A stretch of 64,000 nucleotides of DNA, from NCBI GenBank assembly GCA_963674595.2, contig CAXXFV010000016.1, forward strand, positions 224,001 through 288,000, read 5' to 3'. This document shows positions 28,528-37,865 of the stretch, piece by piece. The translations under genes and the position numbers were made by a program. The DNA comes from a bacterium. GTDB lineage: Bacteria > Zhuqueibacterota > Zhuqueibacteria > Residuimicrobiales > Krinioviventaceae. The notes under the pieces are model-generated. The model saw nothing but the letters and a program-made list of their open reading frames with translations. It was not told the DNA's origin and did no database searches. Each line of letters opens with the position of its first letter. The first letter of the stretch is position 1.

Positions 28528-30252
28528 ATGACGGCTGCACGAAAAACCAAAATTAGCGGTGCAGAAATATTTTTTGAATGTCTGCGTCAACAAAATGTTG
28601 ATACCATTTTTGGATATCCGGGTGGTGCTGTTTTGCCGATTTATGATCATCTTTATGATGTGGATTTTTTAAAGCATATTCTTGTTCGCCACGAACAGGG
28701 CGCCACTCACATGGCCGAAGGTTATGCCAAGGCAACGGGCAAGCCCGGTGTTGTGCTTGTAACATCCGGTCCGGGTGCGACAAATACAATCACTGGTATA
28801 ACCGACGCTTACATGGATTCCATTCCGATTGTGGTCTTTACAGGTCAGGTGCATAGTCATCTTATTGGTAACGACGCCTTTCAGGAAGCAGATACAACCG
28901 GAATTACACGGTCCATTACCAAATGGAGCACCATTGTTAAAAAAGCCGAGGATATTGCACCAGCTATTCGTAAGGCTTTTTATATTGCTACAACCGGTCG
29001 TCCCGGACCGGTTGTGGTGGATATTTGCAAAGACGCCATGATCAACAAAGCTGTGCATGAATGTCCAAAAGAAATCGTGATTAAAGGCTATAATCCGCCG
29101 GTTGAAGGACACTCGTCCATGGTCCAAAATGCAGCAGACGTTATAAAAAACTCAAAACGTCCTTTAATATATGCCGGCGGGGGTGTTATTCTTTCAAACG
29201 CCGGCAAGCAATTAACCGAGTTTGCAGTTAAAACAGGTATTCCTGTGACACTGACTTTGCATGGGCTCGGTGCTTTCCCTGGTTCTGATGAACAGTTTTT
29301 GGGTATGCTCGGTATGCACGGCACCTTTTCGGCCAATCAGGCTGTAAATGATTGTGATTGTCTCATCGCCATTGGGGCCAGATTTGACGACCGGGTTACC
29401 GGCAAGGTTGACACTTTTGCCGCCAACGCTGAAAAAATTCATATTGATATTGATCCGGCATCGATCAATAAGAACATCAAGGTAAAATACCCCATTGTTG
29501 GCGATGTTAAAGTTGTTTTGCAGCAGTTGGATGTTTTGTTTTCTGAAAAATTGGATTTAACGGATTGGTGGAATAAAATTAATGAATGGCGACAGCAATG
29601 TCCTTTGCAAGTGCCGGATGTGGATGAATTTATCAGGCCACAAAATGTTTTGAAAAAAATATCCGACAGGGTAAAAGGGAATGCAGTGGTTATTTCGGAT
29701 GTCGGGCAAAATCAAATGTGGACGGCCCAGCATATTTTATTTGATAACGAACGTTCGCATATTACATCCGGCGGATTGGGTACAATGGGATTTTCTGTTC
29801 CGGCAGCCATTGGTGCCGCATTTGGCGTGAAAGACCGGCCGGTTATTTCCATTAGCGGCGACGGTGGTTTCCAAATGAATATGCAGGAACTTATTACGGC
29901 TGCTTTTTACAAATTGCCCGTCAAATTTATTATTTTTAATAACAGTTATCTTGGCATGGTCCGTCAGTGGCAGGAACTTTTCCATGATTCGCGTTTTTCC
30001 TATACCGACTTGTCTCACAGCAATCCGGATTTTATCAAAATTGCGGATGGAATGGGATGTCAGGCAAAAAAGGTCGATTCTTCCGCACATGTGGATGAGG
30101 CTTTGGATTGGGCATTTAGCATCAACGATGGCCCTGTTGTTTTAGAGTTTGTGACCGTAAAAGAGGAAATGGTTTTTCCAATGGTACCGAGCGGCGCCCC
30201 GGTTAGTGAAATGATATTAAAACGTCTGGACCCTGAAAAGTTTGACGTTTAG
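28528..30252 (+). CDS. ilvB: Acetolactate synthase large subunit
   Basis: FGYPGG, RHEQGA, TSGPGATN, GMHG, RFDDRVTG, GDGGFQMN, GMVRQWQ. Confidence 0.96.
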   Translation: MTAARKTKISGAEIFFECLRQQNVDTIFGYPGGAVLPIYDHLYDVDFLKHILVRHEQGATHMAEGYAKATGKPGVVLVTSGPGATNTITGITDAYMDSIPIVVFTGQVHSHLIGNDAFQEADTTGITRSITKWSTIVKKAEDIAPAIRKAFYIATTGRPGPVVVDICKDAMINKAVHECPKEIVIKGYNPPVEGHSSMVQNAADVIKNSKRPLIYAGGGVILSNAGKQLTEFAVKTGIPVTLTLHGLGAFPGSDEQFLGMLGMHGTFSANQAVNDCDCLIAIGARFDDRVTGKVDTFAANAEKIHIDIDPASINKNIKVKYPIVGDVKVVLQQLDVLFSEKLDLTDWWNKINEWRQQCPLQVPDVDEFIRPQNVLKKISDRVKGNAVVISDVGQNQMWTAQHILFDNERSHITSGGLGTMGFSVPAAIGAAFGVKDRPVISISGDGGFQMNMQELITAAFYKLPVKFIIFNNSYLGMVRQWQELFHDSRFSYTDLSHSNPDFIKIADGMGCQAKKVDSSAHVDEALDWAFSINDGPVVLEFVTVKEEMVFPMVPSGAPVSEMILKRLDPEKFDV

Positions 30253-30273
30253 TTTTTAGAAATTGAGGTTGTA

Positions 30274-31698
30274 ATGGACAGTCATTCCAAAACAATGTTT
30301 GAAAAGATTTGGCAACATCATATTATAAAAGAAAAAGCCGGGGAACCCGGTGTGCTTTATATTGATTTGCATCTCGTACACGAAGTAACCTCTCCTCAGG
30401 CATTTCAGGGTTTGCGAGATAAAGGCCTTAACGTCTCCCAACCTTCGCAAACGATTGGTACAATTGATCATTCCATACCAACCACTGATATTGCGCTGCC
30501 GATTTCCGATGTTTTGGCCGCAGCACAAATGAAAAAGCTGGTTGAAAATTGCCGTGAATTTGGGATTCCTGTGTTTGATACAAAATCCGAAAATCGGGGT
30601 ATTGTACATGTCATTGGCCCTGAACTAGGATTAACACAGCCCGGTATGACCATTGTTTGTGGTGACAGCCATACCAGCACGCACGGTGCCTTTGGGGCAT
30701 TGGCATTTGGAATCGGTACAAGTGAAGTCGAACATGTGCTGGCAACCCAGTCGCTTTTGCAAACCAAACCCAAAACCATGCTGGTTCAAATAGATGGTAC
30801 TCTCCAGCCGGGTGTGACTGCCAAAGACATTATCCTTGCCTTAATTGCCAAAATAGGCGTAGGCGGCGGTACCGGACATGTTATCGAATATGCCGGTTCG
30901 GCAATAAAAGCGTTGAGTATGGAAAATCGTATGACCATTTGTAATATGAGTATTGAAGCCGGCGCCAGGGCCGGAATGATTGCGCCCGATGAAAAAACAT
31001 TTGAATATTTATATGGAAGAAAATGTGCACCAAAAGATGACCGATGGGAAAAAGCGATCCAACAATGGCAAACGCTTCCGAGTGATCCTGACGCTAAATT
31101 TGACAAAACTGTTAATCTGGATGTTTCTCAATTAAAACCCATGATAACTTTTGGAACGAATCCGGGAATGGGCATTGCGATTGATGAAAATGTTCCGTCA
31201 CCGCAAAATCTCCGGGATACAAATCAGCGAAAAGCTTTGGAAAAAGCCTTGAATTATATGGGATTAGAGGCCGGGCAGAAACTGTTGGGCCAACCGATTG
31301 ATGTTGTTTTTATTGGTAGCTGTACAAACGGCCGGATTCAGGATCTGCGAGCTGCCGCTGAAATATTTAAAGACAGAAAAGTTGCAAAAAATATTCGTGT
31401 TTTGGTTGTTCCCGGATCACAGCAGGTTAAAAGAATGGCCCAGGAAGAGGGTCTGGATAAAATATTTATAAACGCCGGTGCAGAATGGCGCGAATCCGGA
31501 TGCAGTATGTGTATTGCCATGAATGGCGACGAGATTCAGCAGGGGCAATATGCAGTGAGCACAAGTAATCGGAATTTTGAAGGACGACAGGGCAAAGGCG
31601 GACGAACACTGCTGGCGAGTCCTTTAACGGCGGCGGCAACTGCGGTAACCGGGAAAATTACCGATGTTCGTACGCTTTTATCTTCGGCAGGAGAATAA
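30274..31698 (+). CDS. leuC: 3-isopropylmalate dehydratase large subunit
   Basis: [39 protein letters not shown]. Confidence 0.97.
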   Translation: MDSHSKTMFEKIWQHHIIKEKAGEPGVLYIDLHLVHEVTSPQAFQGLRDKGLNVSQPSQTIGTIDHSIPTTDIALPISDVLAAAQMKKLVENCREFGIPVFDTKSENRGIVHVIGPELGLTQPGMTIVCGDSHTSTHGAFGALAFGIGTSEVEHVLATQSLLQTKPKTMLVQIDGTLQPGVTAKDIILALIAKIGVGGGTGHVIEYAGSAIKALSMENRMTICNMSIEAGARAGMIAPDEKTFEYLYGRKCAPKDDRWEKAIQQWQTLPSDPDAKFDKTVNLDVSQLKPMITFGTNPGMGIAIDENVPSPQNLRDTNQRKALEKALNYMGLEAGQKLLGQPIDVVFIGSCTNGRIQDLRAAAEIFKDRKVAKNIRVLVVPGSQQVKRMAQEEGLDKIFINAGAEWRESGCSMCIAMNGDEIQQGQYAVSTSNRNFEGRQGKGGRTLLASPLTAAATAVTGKITDVRTLLSSAGE

Positions 31699-31702
31699 AT
31701 CT

Positions 31703-32317
31703 ATGGAACCGTTTACAACTTTAAAAAGTCGGTTTTTATCTTTACCTGTAAATGATATCGATACTGATCAGATAATTCCGGCCAGATTTTTAAAAGTAAC
31801 GGATAAAAATGGTTTGGGAGACAATCTGTTTTATGATTGGCGATATTTTTCAGATGGGTCTGTTCGGCCTGATTTTATCTTAAATCAAAAAACGGCTCAG
31901 AATGCAAAAATTTTAGTGGCAGGTGATAATTTTGGTTGCGGTTCAAGCCGCGAGCATGCACCCTGGGCATTATATGCTTTTGGATTTCGGGTTATTATCA
32001 GTACAAGCTTTGCAGATATTTTTAAAAATAATGCAATGAAAAACGGTCTTTTACCCGTTACGATTGACGAAAAAGTGCAAAATCATCTATTCGAACTGTT
32101 TGATAAAGATCAGCAAGCAGAACTGTTTGTCGATTTACAGAACCAGGAACTGGATGTTCCCGGTCATCAAAAGGTCCATTTTGAGATTGATTCTTTTAAC
32201 AAAAACTGCCTGCTCGAAGGAATTGATCAGCTTGGCTTTTTACTAAAGACATTACCGGAAATTCAATCCTTTGAAAAAAAATATCCAAAACGAGTTAATA
32301 CCCTGGAGATATTTTAA
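31703..32317 (+). CDS. leuD: 3-isopropylmalate dehydratase small subunit
   Basis: DIDTDQIIPARFL, NFGCGSSREHA, SFADIF. Confidence 0.97.
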   Translation: MEPFTTLKSRFLSLPVNDIDTDQIIPARFLKVTDKNGLGDNLFYDWRYFSDGSVRPDFILNQKTAQNAKILVAGDNFGCGSSREHAPWALYAFGFRVIISTSFADIFKNNAMKNGLLPVTIDEKVQNHLFELFDKDQQAELFVDLQNQELDVPGHQKVHFEIDSFNKNCLLEGIDQLGFLLKTLPEIQSFEKKYPKRVNTLEIF

Positions 32318-32380
32318 CTATATCATTTAATTGAAAAAACAATTAAATTGGAGGATTGTGTTACCTTTAAAGGAAATTAT

Positions 32381-33259
32381 ATGCTCAAAAGTTTTTTTTT
32401 AACAATTCTTACACTCACAAATATTATATATGCCCAACCCCATTTTGTGACAACAATACCGCCTTTTCAATTTATAATTAAAGAAATTACCGGGGAACGC
32501 GCGGATGTTTATTGTATTATCCCGCCGGGAGCTTCACCACACACCTATGAAATGAGAGCCTCTGACATGCGTAGTGTGGAAAAAGCGGATGCGCTTTTTA
32601 TGGGAAATGAAAACCTGGACAGATGGGCGTTAAAATTTAAAACAAAAAAAAGATGTGAGCTTGTCGATTTAATTCCTGCCGAGTATCGGCTGGTTTTTGA
32701 TAATCATAAAAGTCATTCTCATAAAGTACAAGGCCACAGCCACGATCATGATGGGGTGGACCCGCATTTTTGGTCTGATCCTTTAGCGGTTAAAGCAATT
32801 CTGCCCGCCCTAACAGCATATTTATCAGAGTTGGACCCGCCGGGGAAGCCTGTTTATGAAGAAAATATGACAGCTTTTTCCGGGCAATTAGATTCATTGG
32901 ATACACAAATAAAAACGTTATTGAAACCTGTAAAAGGTCATACTGTTATTTTGTCTCATCCCTTTTTTAGATATTTTTTTAACAGGTATGACCTGCATTT
33001 GGCAGGAATCGTTGAGATAGCAGCCGGTACGGAGCCGTCACCGAAGGATTTAGTTAAAGTGATTAAAATTATTAAAGATGAAAAGGTCAAGGCTATCTTT
33101 ACGCATCCGCAGCTTTCTGATCGTCCGTCACAAATTATCGCTGAAACTGCCGGCATTTTCTGTGTAATGTTGGATCCTCTTGGAGGTGTTGAAGGTAAAG
33201 CTTCCTATAAAGAATTGTTACTGGCTAATACCCATACAATTTTGGAGGCCCTTCAATGA
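32381..33259 (+). CDS. znuA: Zn/Mn ABC transporter substrate-binding protein
   Basis: PPGASPHTYE, His-rich loop HKSHSHKVQGHSHDHD, DPHFW, HPFFRYF, LDPLG. Confidence 0.88.
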   Translation: MLKSFFLTILTLTNIIYAQPHFVTTIPPFQFIIKEITGERADVYCIIPPGASPHTYEMRASDMRSVEKADALFMGNENLDRWALKFKTKKRCELVDLIPAEYRLVFDNHKSHSHKVQGHSHDHDGVDPHFWSDPLAVKAILPALTAYLSELDPPGKPVYEENMTAFSGQLDSLDTQIKTLLKPVKGHTVILSHPFFRYFFNRYDLHLAGIVEIAAGTEPSPKDLVKVIKIIKDEKVKAIFTHPQLSDRPSQIIAETAGIFCVMLDPLGGVEGKASYKELLLANTHTILEALQ

Positions 33260-34002
33260 GCGAACATGTTATTGACATTCGTCAACTTTCTATAAAGTTT
33301 GGCGATCACCTGGCTTTGGACAAGATAAAAGTACAAATTGAATCAGGTGATTTTGTCGCCATTGTAGGTCCAAATGGGGCCGGAAAATCAACCCTTTTTA
33401 AAGTCCTGCTGGGTTTATTACAGCCGACTGAGGGGCAGGTAAGGATTTTCGACGAACCTGCCTATCGTGCACCAGCTCAGTGGATTGGATATGTACCGCA
33501 AATGAAAACATTGGACCGGAGTTTTCCTGCTCAGGCTGTTGAATTGGTACTTACCGGTTTAAACAGAAGATGGCCCTGGCGGAAAGAAAAGTCAGAATAT
33601 AAAAAAGCCATAGAAGCATTGGAACAGGTGAGCGCTGAACATTTGGCTACAAGACCTGTTGGAAGATTGTCCGGTGGAGAGCTTCAAAGAGTTTGTCTGG
33701 CCCGGAGTATTGTTCGTCAGCCAAAAATTGTTTTGCTGGATGAACCGGCAACCGGTATTGACGCCATCGGTGAAGCGGACATGTATCGTTTGCTGGAAGC
33801 CTATCAAAAGCAAAGCAGCGCCACAATTCTTATGATTACCCATGACTGGCATGCAGCAACACATCATGCTGATAATGTCTTGTTACTGAACCGAAAAAAA
33901 ATTAGTTATGGCCCGCCTTCAGTTTCTTTGGCTGAAGATAATTTGCGATTGGCATTTGGTCATATCGGACATAAACATGAATTGAAATTTTTAATGAAAT
34001 AA
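33256..34002 (+). CDS. znuC: Zn/Mn ABC transporter ATPase
   Basis: GPNGAGKST, IGYVPQ, LSGGELQR, LLDEP, ITHD. Confidence 0.9.
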   Translation: MSEHVIDIRQLSIKFGDHLALDKIKVQIESGDFVAIVGPNGAGKSTLFKVLLGLLQPTEGQVRIFDEPAYRAPAQWIGYVPQMKTLDRSFPAQAVELVLTGLNRRWPWRKEKSEYKKAIEALEQVSAEHLATRPVGRLSGGELQRVCLARSIVRQPKIVLLDEPATGIDAIGEADMYRLLEAYQKQSSATILMITHDWHAATHHADNVLLLNRKKISYGPPSVSLAEDNLRLAFGHIGHKHELKFLMK

Positions 34003-34003
34003 T

Positions 34004-34807
34004 ATGATAGAAATATTTTCTTTACCCTTTATGCAGAGAGCCTTGATTGGCGGAATCCTGGTGGCCTTTTTAGCAAGTTATTATGGAGTTTTTGTTGTCC
34101 AGCGGGGTTTGTCTTTTTTAGGGAGCGGACTTGCTCATGCCGCCTTTGGCGGTGTGGCTTTGGGAATCTTGTTAAGTGTGGAACCTCTTTGGGTGGCTAT
34201 TCCCTTTACTGTTTTTGTTGCCATTGCAATTGCCTGGTTAAGAGAAAGGACCAAGCTTGGCAGCGATACGGCAATAGGCATTTTTTTTGCCGTTTCAATG
34301 GCGCTTGGAATTGTTTTTCTTTTTATCAGACGTGAATATACGGATGATGCATTTACATTCCTCTTTGGATCTATTTTAGCGGTTACCACAAAAGATATTT
34401 GGATGTCCTTTGGAGTCGTTTTGCTGACCCTTTTTACCACTCCCATGTGGAAAAGATGGGCTTATGCGTCATTTGACCGGGAACTGGCATTAACAGACCG
34501 TCTTTCTGTTCTCAGAGACGATTATTTATTAATTATTTTTATTGCTTTAACAGTGGTCGTTGCTATTAAAGTTGTGGGTATTGTTTTAATAGCCGCATTT
34601 CTTGTTATTCCTGCTGCCACGGCTCGTCTTTTAGCCCAAACTTTTAAGGTAATGACGATTATTTCCGTGTGTTTTGGAATTTTGGGTGTTATAGTTGGAC
34701 TTGTTTTATCTTATTATCTTGACCTTCCCAGCGGCGCTGTGATAATATTATTTCAGGCAATTATGTTTTTTATTGTTATTTTTATCTCAGCGATTCGAAA
34801 TAATTAG
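34004..34807 (+). CDS. znuB: Zn/Mn ABC transporter permease
   Basis: GLAHAAFGG, DTAIG, LFGSIL, VGIVLI, PSGAVII. Confidence 0.9.
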   Translation: MIEIFSLPFMQRALIGGILVAFLASYYGVFVVQRGLSFLGSGLAHAAFGGVALGILLSVEPLWVAIPFTVFVAIAIAWLRERTKLGSDTAIGIFFAVSMALGIVFLFIRREYTDDAFTFLFGSILAVTTKDIWMSFGVVLLTLFTTPMWKRWAYASFDRELALTDRLSVLRDDYLLIIFIALTVVVAIKVVGIVLIAAFLVIPAATARLLAQTFKVMTIISVCFGILGVIVGLVLSYYLDLPSGAVIILFQAIMFFIVIFISAIRNN

Positions 34808-34825
34808 TCCGGGAGTTGTTAACTA

Positions 34826-35122
34826 TTGGTTAATTTTAAAAAATATTTAATAATTTTTCTGGCACTATTTGTTGCTTTTCTGGTTGTTTATCAACCAGTT
34901 TTTCATAATCACCAGCCTGATTTTCGTGATCATGAAAGCTGTCCTTCAACATTGCTGGCAATATTATTTTCTGTTGACTCATTTCTGTTTATAAAGGTTT
35001 TTGTTCTTTTTCTGTTTGTCTTTTTTGATTTATTGTTTACACCAACATTTCAAAGATGTTCTTTTTTTATACCATTATTAAATTATAAAAGGGGTCCTCC
35101 CGCATATTGTGATGTTTTATAA
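34826..35122 (+). CDS. DUF2946-like upstream ORF / putative RGPP ribosome-arrest peptide
   Basis: TTG start after GGGAG; hydrophobic helix, HNH..H..C motif, second hydrophobic segment, RGPP six residues before stop; precedes lipoprotein and TBDR. Confidence 0.75.
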   Translation: MVNFKKYLIIFLALFVAFLVVYQPVFHNHQPDFRDHESCPSTLLAILFSVDSFLFIKVFVLFLFVFFDLLFTPTFQRCSFFIPLLNYKRGPPAYCDVL

Positions 35123-35152
35123 ATTTGTAAAATTTTACAACATATTAGGGAG
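35097..35152 (+). promoter_or_regulatory. SD-sequestering hairpin spanning the uORF Pro-Pro codons and the downstream RBS
   Basis: CTCCC (35097-35101) complementary to GGGAG (35148-35152); inner stem 35104-35121 pairs with 35126-35145 (some G-U pairs, one mismatch, one bulge). Confidence 0.7.
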
Positions 35153-35158
35153 AAAAAA

Positions 35159-35614
35159 ATGCATAATTTTAAAAAATATATATCCGTATTTTTTTGTATT
35201 GGTGTGCTATTTGTTATCGGTTGCAGTGAAGATAATCCCGTTGAACCAACTGAAACTCATAATGAGGCTGAAGGATTAATCCTTCGAACTGATGGTCAGG
35301 ATTTGGTCATTGTAAAGGAAGGTACTGTAAAATCCGGACAGATCACTGTTAATGTAGATAGCCAAACACCAACAATTAAAGCTGTATTTTTAGATGAAGA
35401 TGATGACGAGTTTGAACCTCATGAAGAGGGCTCGTCGCTTGCTTTTGAGTTTGGAAGTAATGAAACAGCAGAAGCTGTTATGGTGGACGGTAAACAGTGG
35501 GAGTTTGTTGTTAACGGTAAAAAGGTCGGAACAACAACCCTGGTAGTTAAATTAATGCATGGAGATCACAGCGATTTTTTGACTCCTAACATAACTGTTT
35601 CTGTAACAGAGTAA
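35159..35614 (+). CDS. His-containing lipoprotein, probable metal-binding TBDR partner
   Basis: Lipobox VIGC; THNEAEG, PHEEG, MHGDHSDF. Confidence 0.8.
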   Translation: MHNFKKYISVFFCIGVLFVIGCSEDNPVEPTETHNEAEGLILRTDGQDLVIVKEGTVKSGQITVNVDSQTPTIKAVFLDEDDDEFEPHEEGSSLAFEFGSNETAEAVMVDGKQWEFVVNGKKVGTTTLVVKLMHGDHSDFLTPNITVSVTE

Positions 35615-35629
35615 TTTATTAAGGAACAC

Positions 35630-37846
35630 ATGATGCGTACAATAGTTCTTTTTACGCTTCTGACTGTTTCATTTGCATATACCGCAGTTCCTTCCTCAAC
35701 GGACCGGAACTGCGGTTCCTTATATGGCGTATTTCTCGATGCTGAAACAGGACAGGGAGTTGGTGGCATTCAGGTTTTACTGAATGAAATTAAACGATCA
35801 GGGGTTACACATGAAGATGGTCATTTTTTTCTACCGGCTATTCCAATGGGAACCTATACGGTACAGACATTTCGAATCGGTTATAAAAATATTGTCAAAA
35901 ATATTGCTATAAATCGATGTGATACAATCCGTGTTGAATTTCACATTTTTAAAGCTCCAATTATGCTGAATGCCGTTATGGTTGATGCAGAAGAGGAAAA
36001 TACACTTGATTTTGTTATGGATAAAAATCCGGTTGAGCTTGAAGGTAAACGACTGCGTCGCCAATTGGGACGGACAATTGCTGAAACCCTCGTCAACGAG
36101 CCCGGCATTGATCAAAGGACCATGGGACCCGCGCCTGCTCGTCCGGTTTTGCGAGGATTAAGCGGTGATCGTTTACTCGTATTGGAAGATGGTGAACGTA
36201 CCGGAGATTTATCTGCAACATCTGCTGATCATGCTGTTGTTATTGAACCGATGACTGCGGAGCGTGTTGAAGTTATTCGCGGTCCGGAGGCTTTGCTGTA
36301 TGGTTCCAATACCATTGGTGGTGTTATTAATGTCGATCGCGGTTATGTTCCTACAACGAACCTTGACCATTGGCATGGGACTGTTTCTTATCAGGGCGAA
36401 TCGGTCAATAATGGGCACAGTAGTGGAATCAAGGTTAATTTACCGGCGGGACCTTTTTCTATGCATGTTGATGCAAGCATGCGAAATACACAGGATATAA
36501 AAACACCTAAAAAGAAACTCTTGAATACCAGTATTATTACCAACAATGCTTCATTGGGCATGAGCATTGTAAGACCATGGGGCCTTTTAGGTGTTGCCGG
36601 TAGTTTGTATGATAGCGAATATGGTATACCGGGCGGTTTTATCGGTGCCCACAAGTCCGGTGTAGATGTTGAGCTGAACAGACGTCATTTTGAAGCAAAG
36701 TCTGAATTTTATTTTCAGAATGATTGGATAAAAAGAGTAAATGCCCGTTATAATTTTTCCAGATATTATCATCTTGAACGGGAAGCAAATGGTATTCCCG
36801 GAATTGAATTCGGTGTTTTAAATTATAATTTTTCATTGATGGCTCGTTTAAAAGACCATCCTCATTTTAAAAATGGTGAAGTTGGGCTATGGAGTGAATA
36901 TCGTGATTTTGCAGCCGGTGTGTATGCTTTTACTCCTCAAGCAGTTGAAAAGAAAATAGCTGGTTTTGCTTTCCAGGAGTTTATCTTGGGACGTTTTGGG
37001 ATAAAAGCGGCCCTTCGCTATGATGTGCTGCAAGTAATTCCTCAGCAGGAAAAGTATGATAAAAAAATTGGTTACATTCAAAACCGAAATTTTTCTGATT
37101 TTTCCGGTTCTTTTGCAGCAATATACGAAATAAATCGTCATTTACATTATGGAACGACGGTAATGAAAAGTTTTCGATCTCCAGGCATTGAAGAACTGTA
37201 TTCACGGGGACCACATTTAGCAGCTTATTCTTTTGAGATTGGAAATCCATCTTTGGGTAAAGAACAGGGTATAGGTATAGAAACCTTTTTACATTTTGAA
37301 GGGCAACCCGGAAATGCCCAAATAGCATTATTTCGCAATAATATATCCGGCTATGTTTTTCCCAAAAACACAGGTCAGTTGGATTACAGCACATTATTAC
37401 CTGTTTACCAGTATTCCGGATCTAATGTGATAATAGAGGGATGTGAATTGGCCTTTGAGTTGCTGCCCTGGCAGTTTATAGCTTTTTCCGGAAGCATGAG
37501 TTATGTTTATGGTGAAATGGATTCCGGAGAAGCCATGCCATTGATGCCCCCGTTACATGGCAAACTTGATGTTCAGTTACTGTGGAACCAAACAACAATT
37601 GGTTTTCGTGCAAGAGCAGCGGATGAGCAAACCAGGCTTGGACGTTTTGAAGAATATACCGCTGGTTTTACTGTTTACGATCTTATGGGGCAATATTTAT
37701 TAAATGTTGGTCACTATTTATCTTCAATAAATTTGACGATAGAAAATATTACCAACCAGGAATATCGAAAACATTTATCTCGTGTTAAGGCCGTTATGCC
37801 TGAACCAGGAAGAAATGTAAAACTATTATTTAGAATTTATTTTTAA
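35630..37846 (+). CDS. TonB-dependent receptor, ZnuD-like metal transporter
   Basis: Plug RPVLRGLSGDR, SADHAV, EVIRGPEALLYG; EELYSRGPH; YRKHLSR..PEPGRN..YF. Confidence 0.9.
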   Translation: MMRTIVLFTLLTVSFAYTAVPSSTDRNCGSLYGVFLDAETGQGVGGIQVLLNEIKRSGVTHEDGHFFLPAIPMGTYTVQTFRIGYKNIVKNIAINRCDTIRVEFHIFKAPIMLNAVMVDAEEENTLDFVMDKNPVELEGKRLRRQLGRTIAETLVNEPGIDQRTMGPAPARPVLRGLSGDRLLVLEDGERTGDLSATSADHAVVIEPMTAERVEVIRGPEALLYGSNTIGGVINVDRGYVPTTNLDHWHGTVSYQGESVNNGHSSGIKVNLPAGPFSMHVDASMRNTQDIKTPKKKLLNTSIITNNASLGMSIVRPWGLLGVAGSLYDSEYGIPGGFIGAHKSGVDVELNRRHFEAKSEFYFQNDWIKRVNARYNFSRYYHLEREANGIPGIEFGVLNYNFSLMARLKDHPHFKNGEVGLWSEYRDFAAGVYAFTPQAVEKKIAGFAFQEFILGRFGIKAALRYDVLQVIPQQEKYDKKIGYIQNRNFSDFSGSFAAIYEINRHLHYGTTVMKSFRSPGIEELYSRGPHLAAYSFEIGNPSLGKEQGIGIETFLHFEGQPGNAQIALFRNNISGYVFPKNTGQLDYSTLLPVYQYSGSNVIIEGCELAFELLPWQFIAFSGSMSYVYGEMDSGEAMPLMPPLHGKLDVQLLWNQTTIGFRARAADEQTRLGRFEEYTAGFTVYDLMGQYLLNVGHYLSSINLTIENITNQEYRKHLSRVKAVMPEPGRNVKLLFRIYF

Positions 37847-37865
37847 ATCCAATTCTGTTTTAAAT

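Noticed and set aside
27111-31520. Long antisense ORFs within ilv/leu genes
   Set aside because: Shadows of conserved genes without RBS or motifs.
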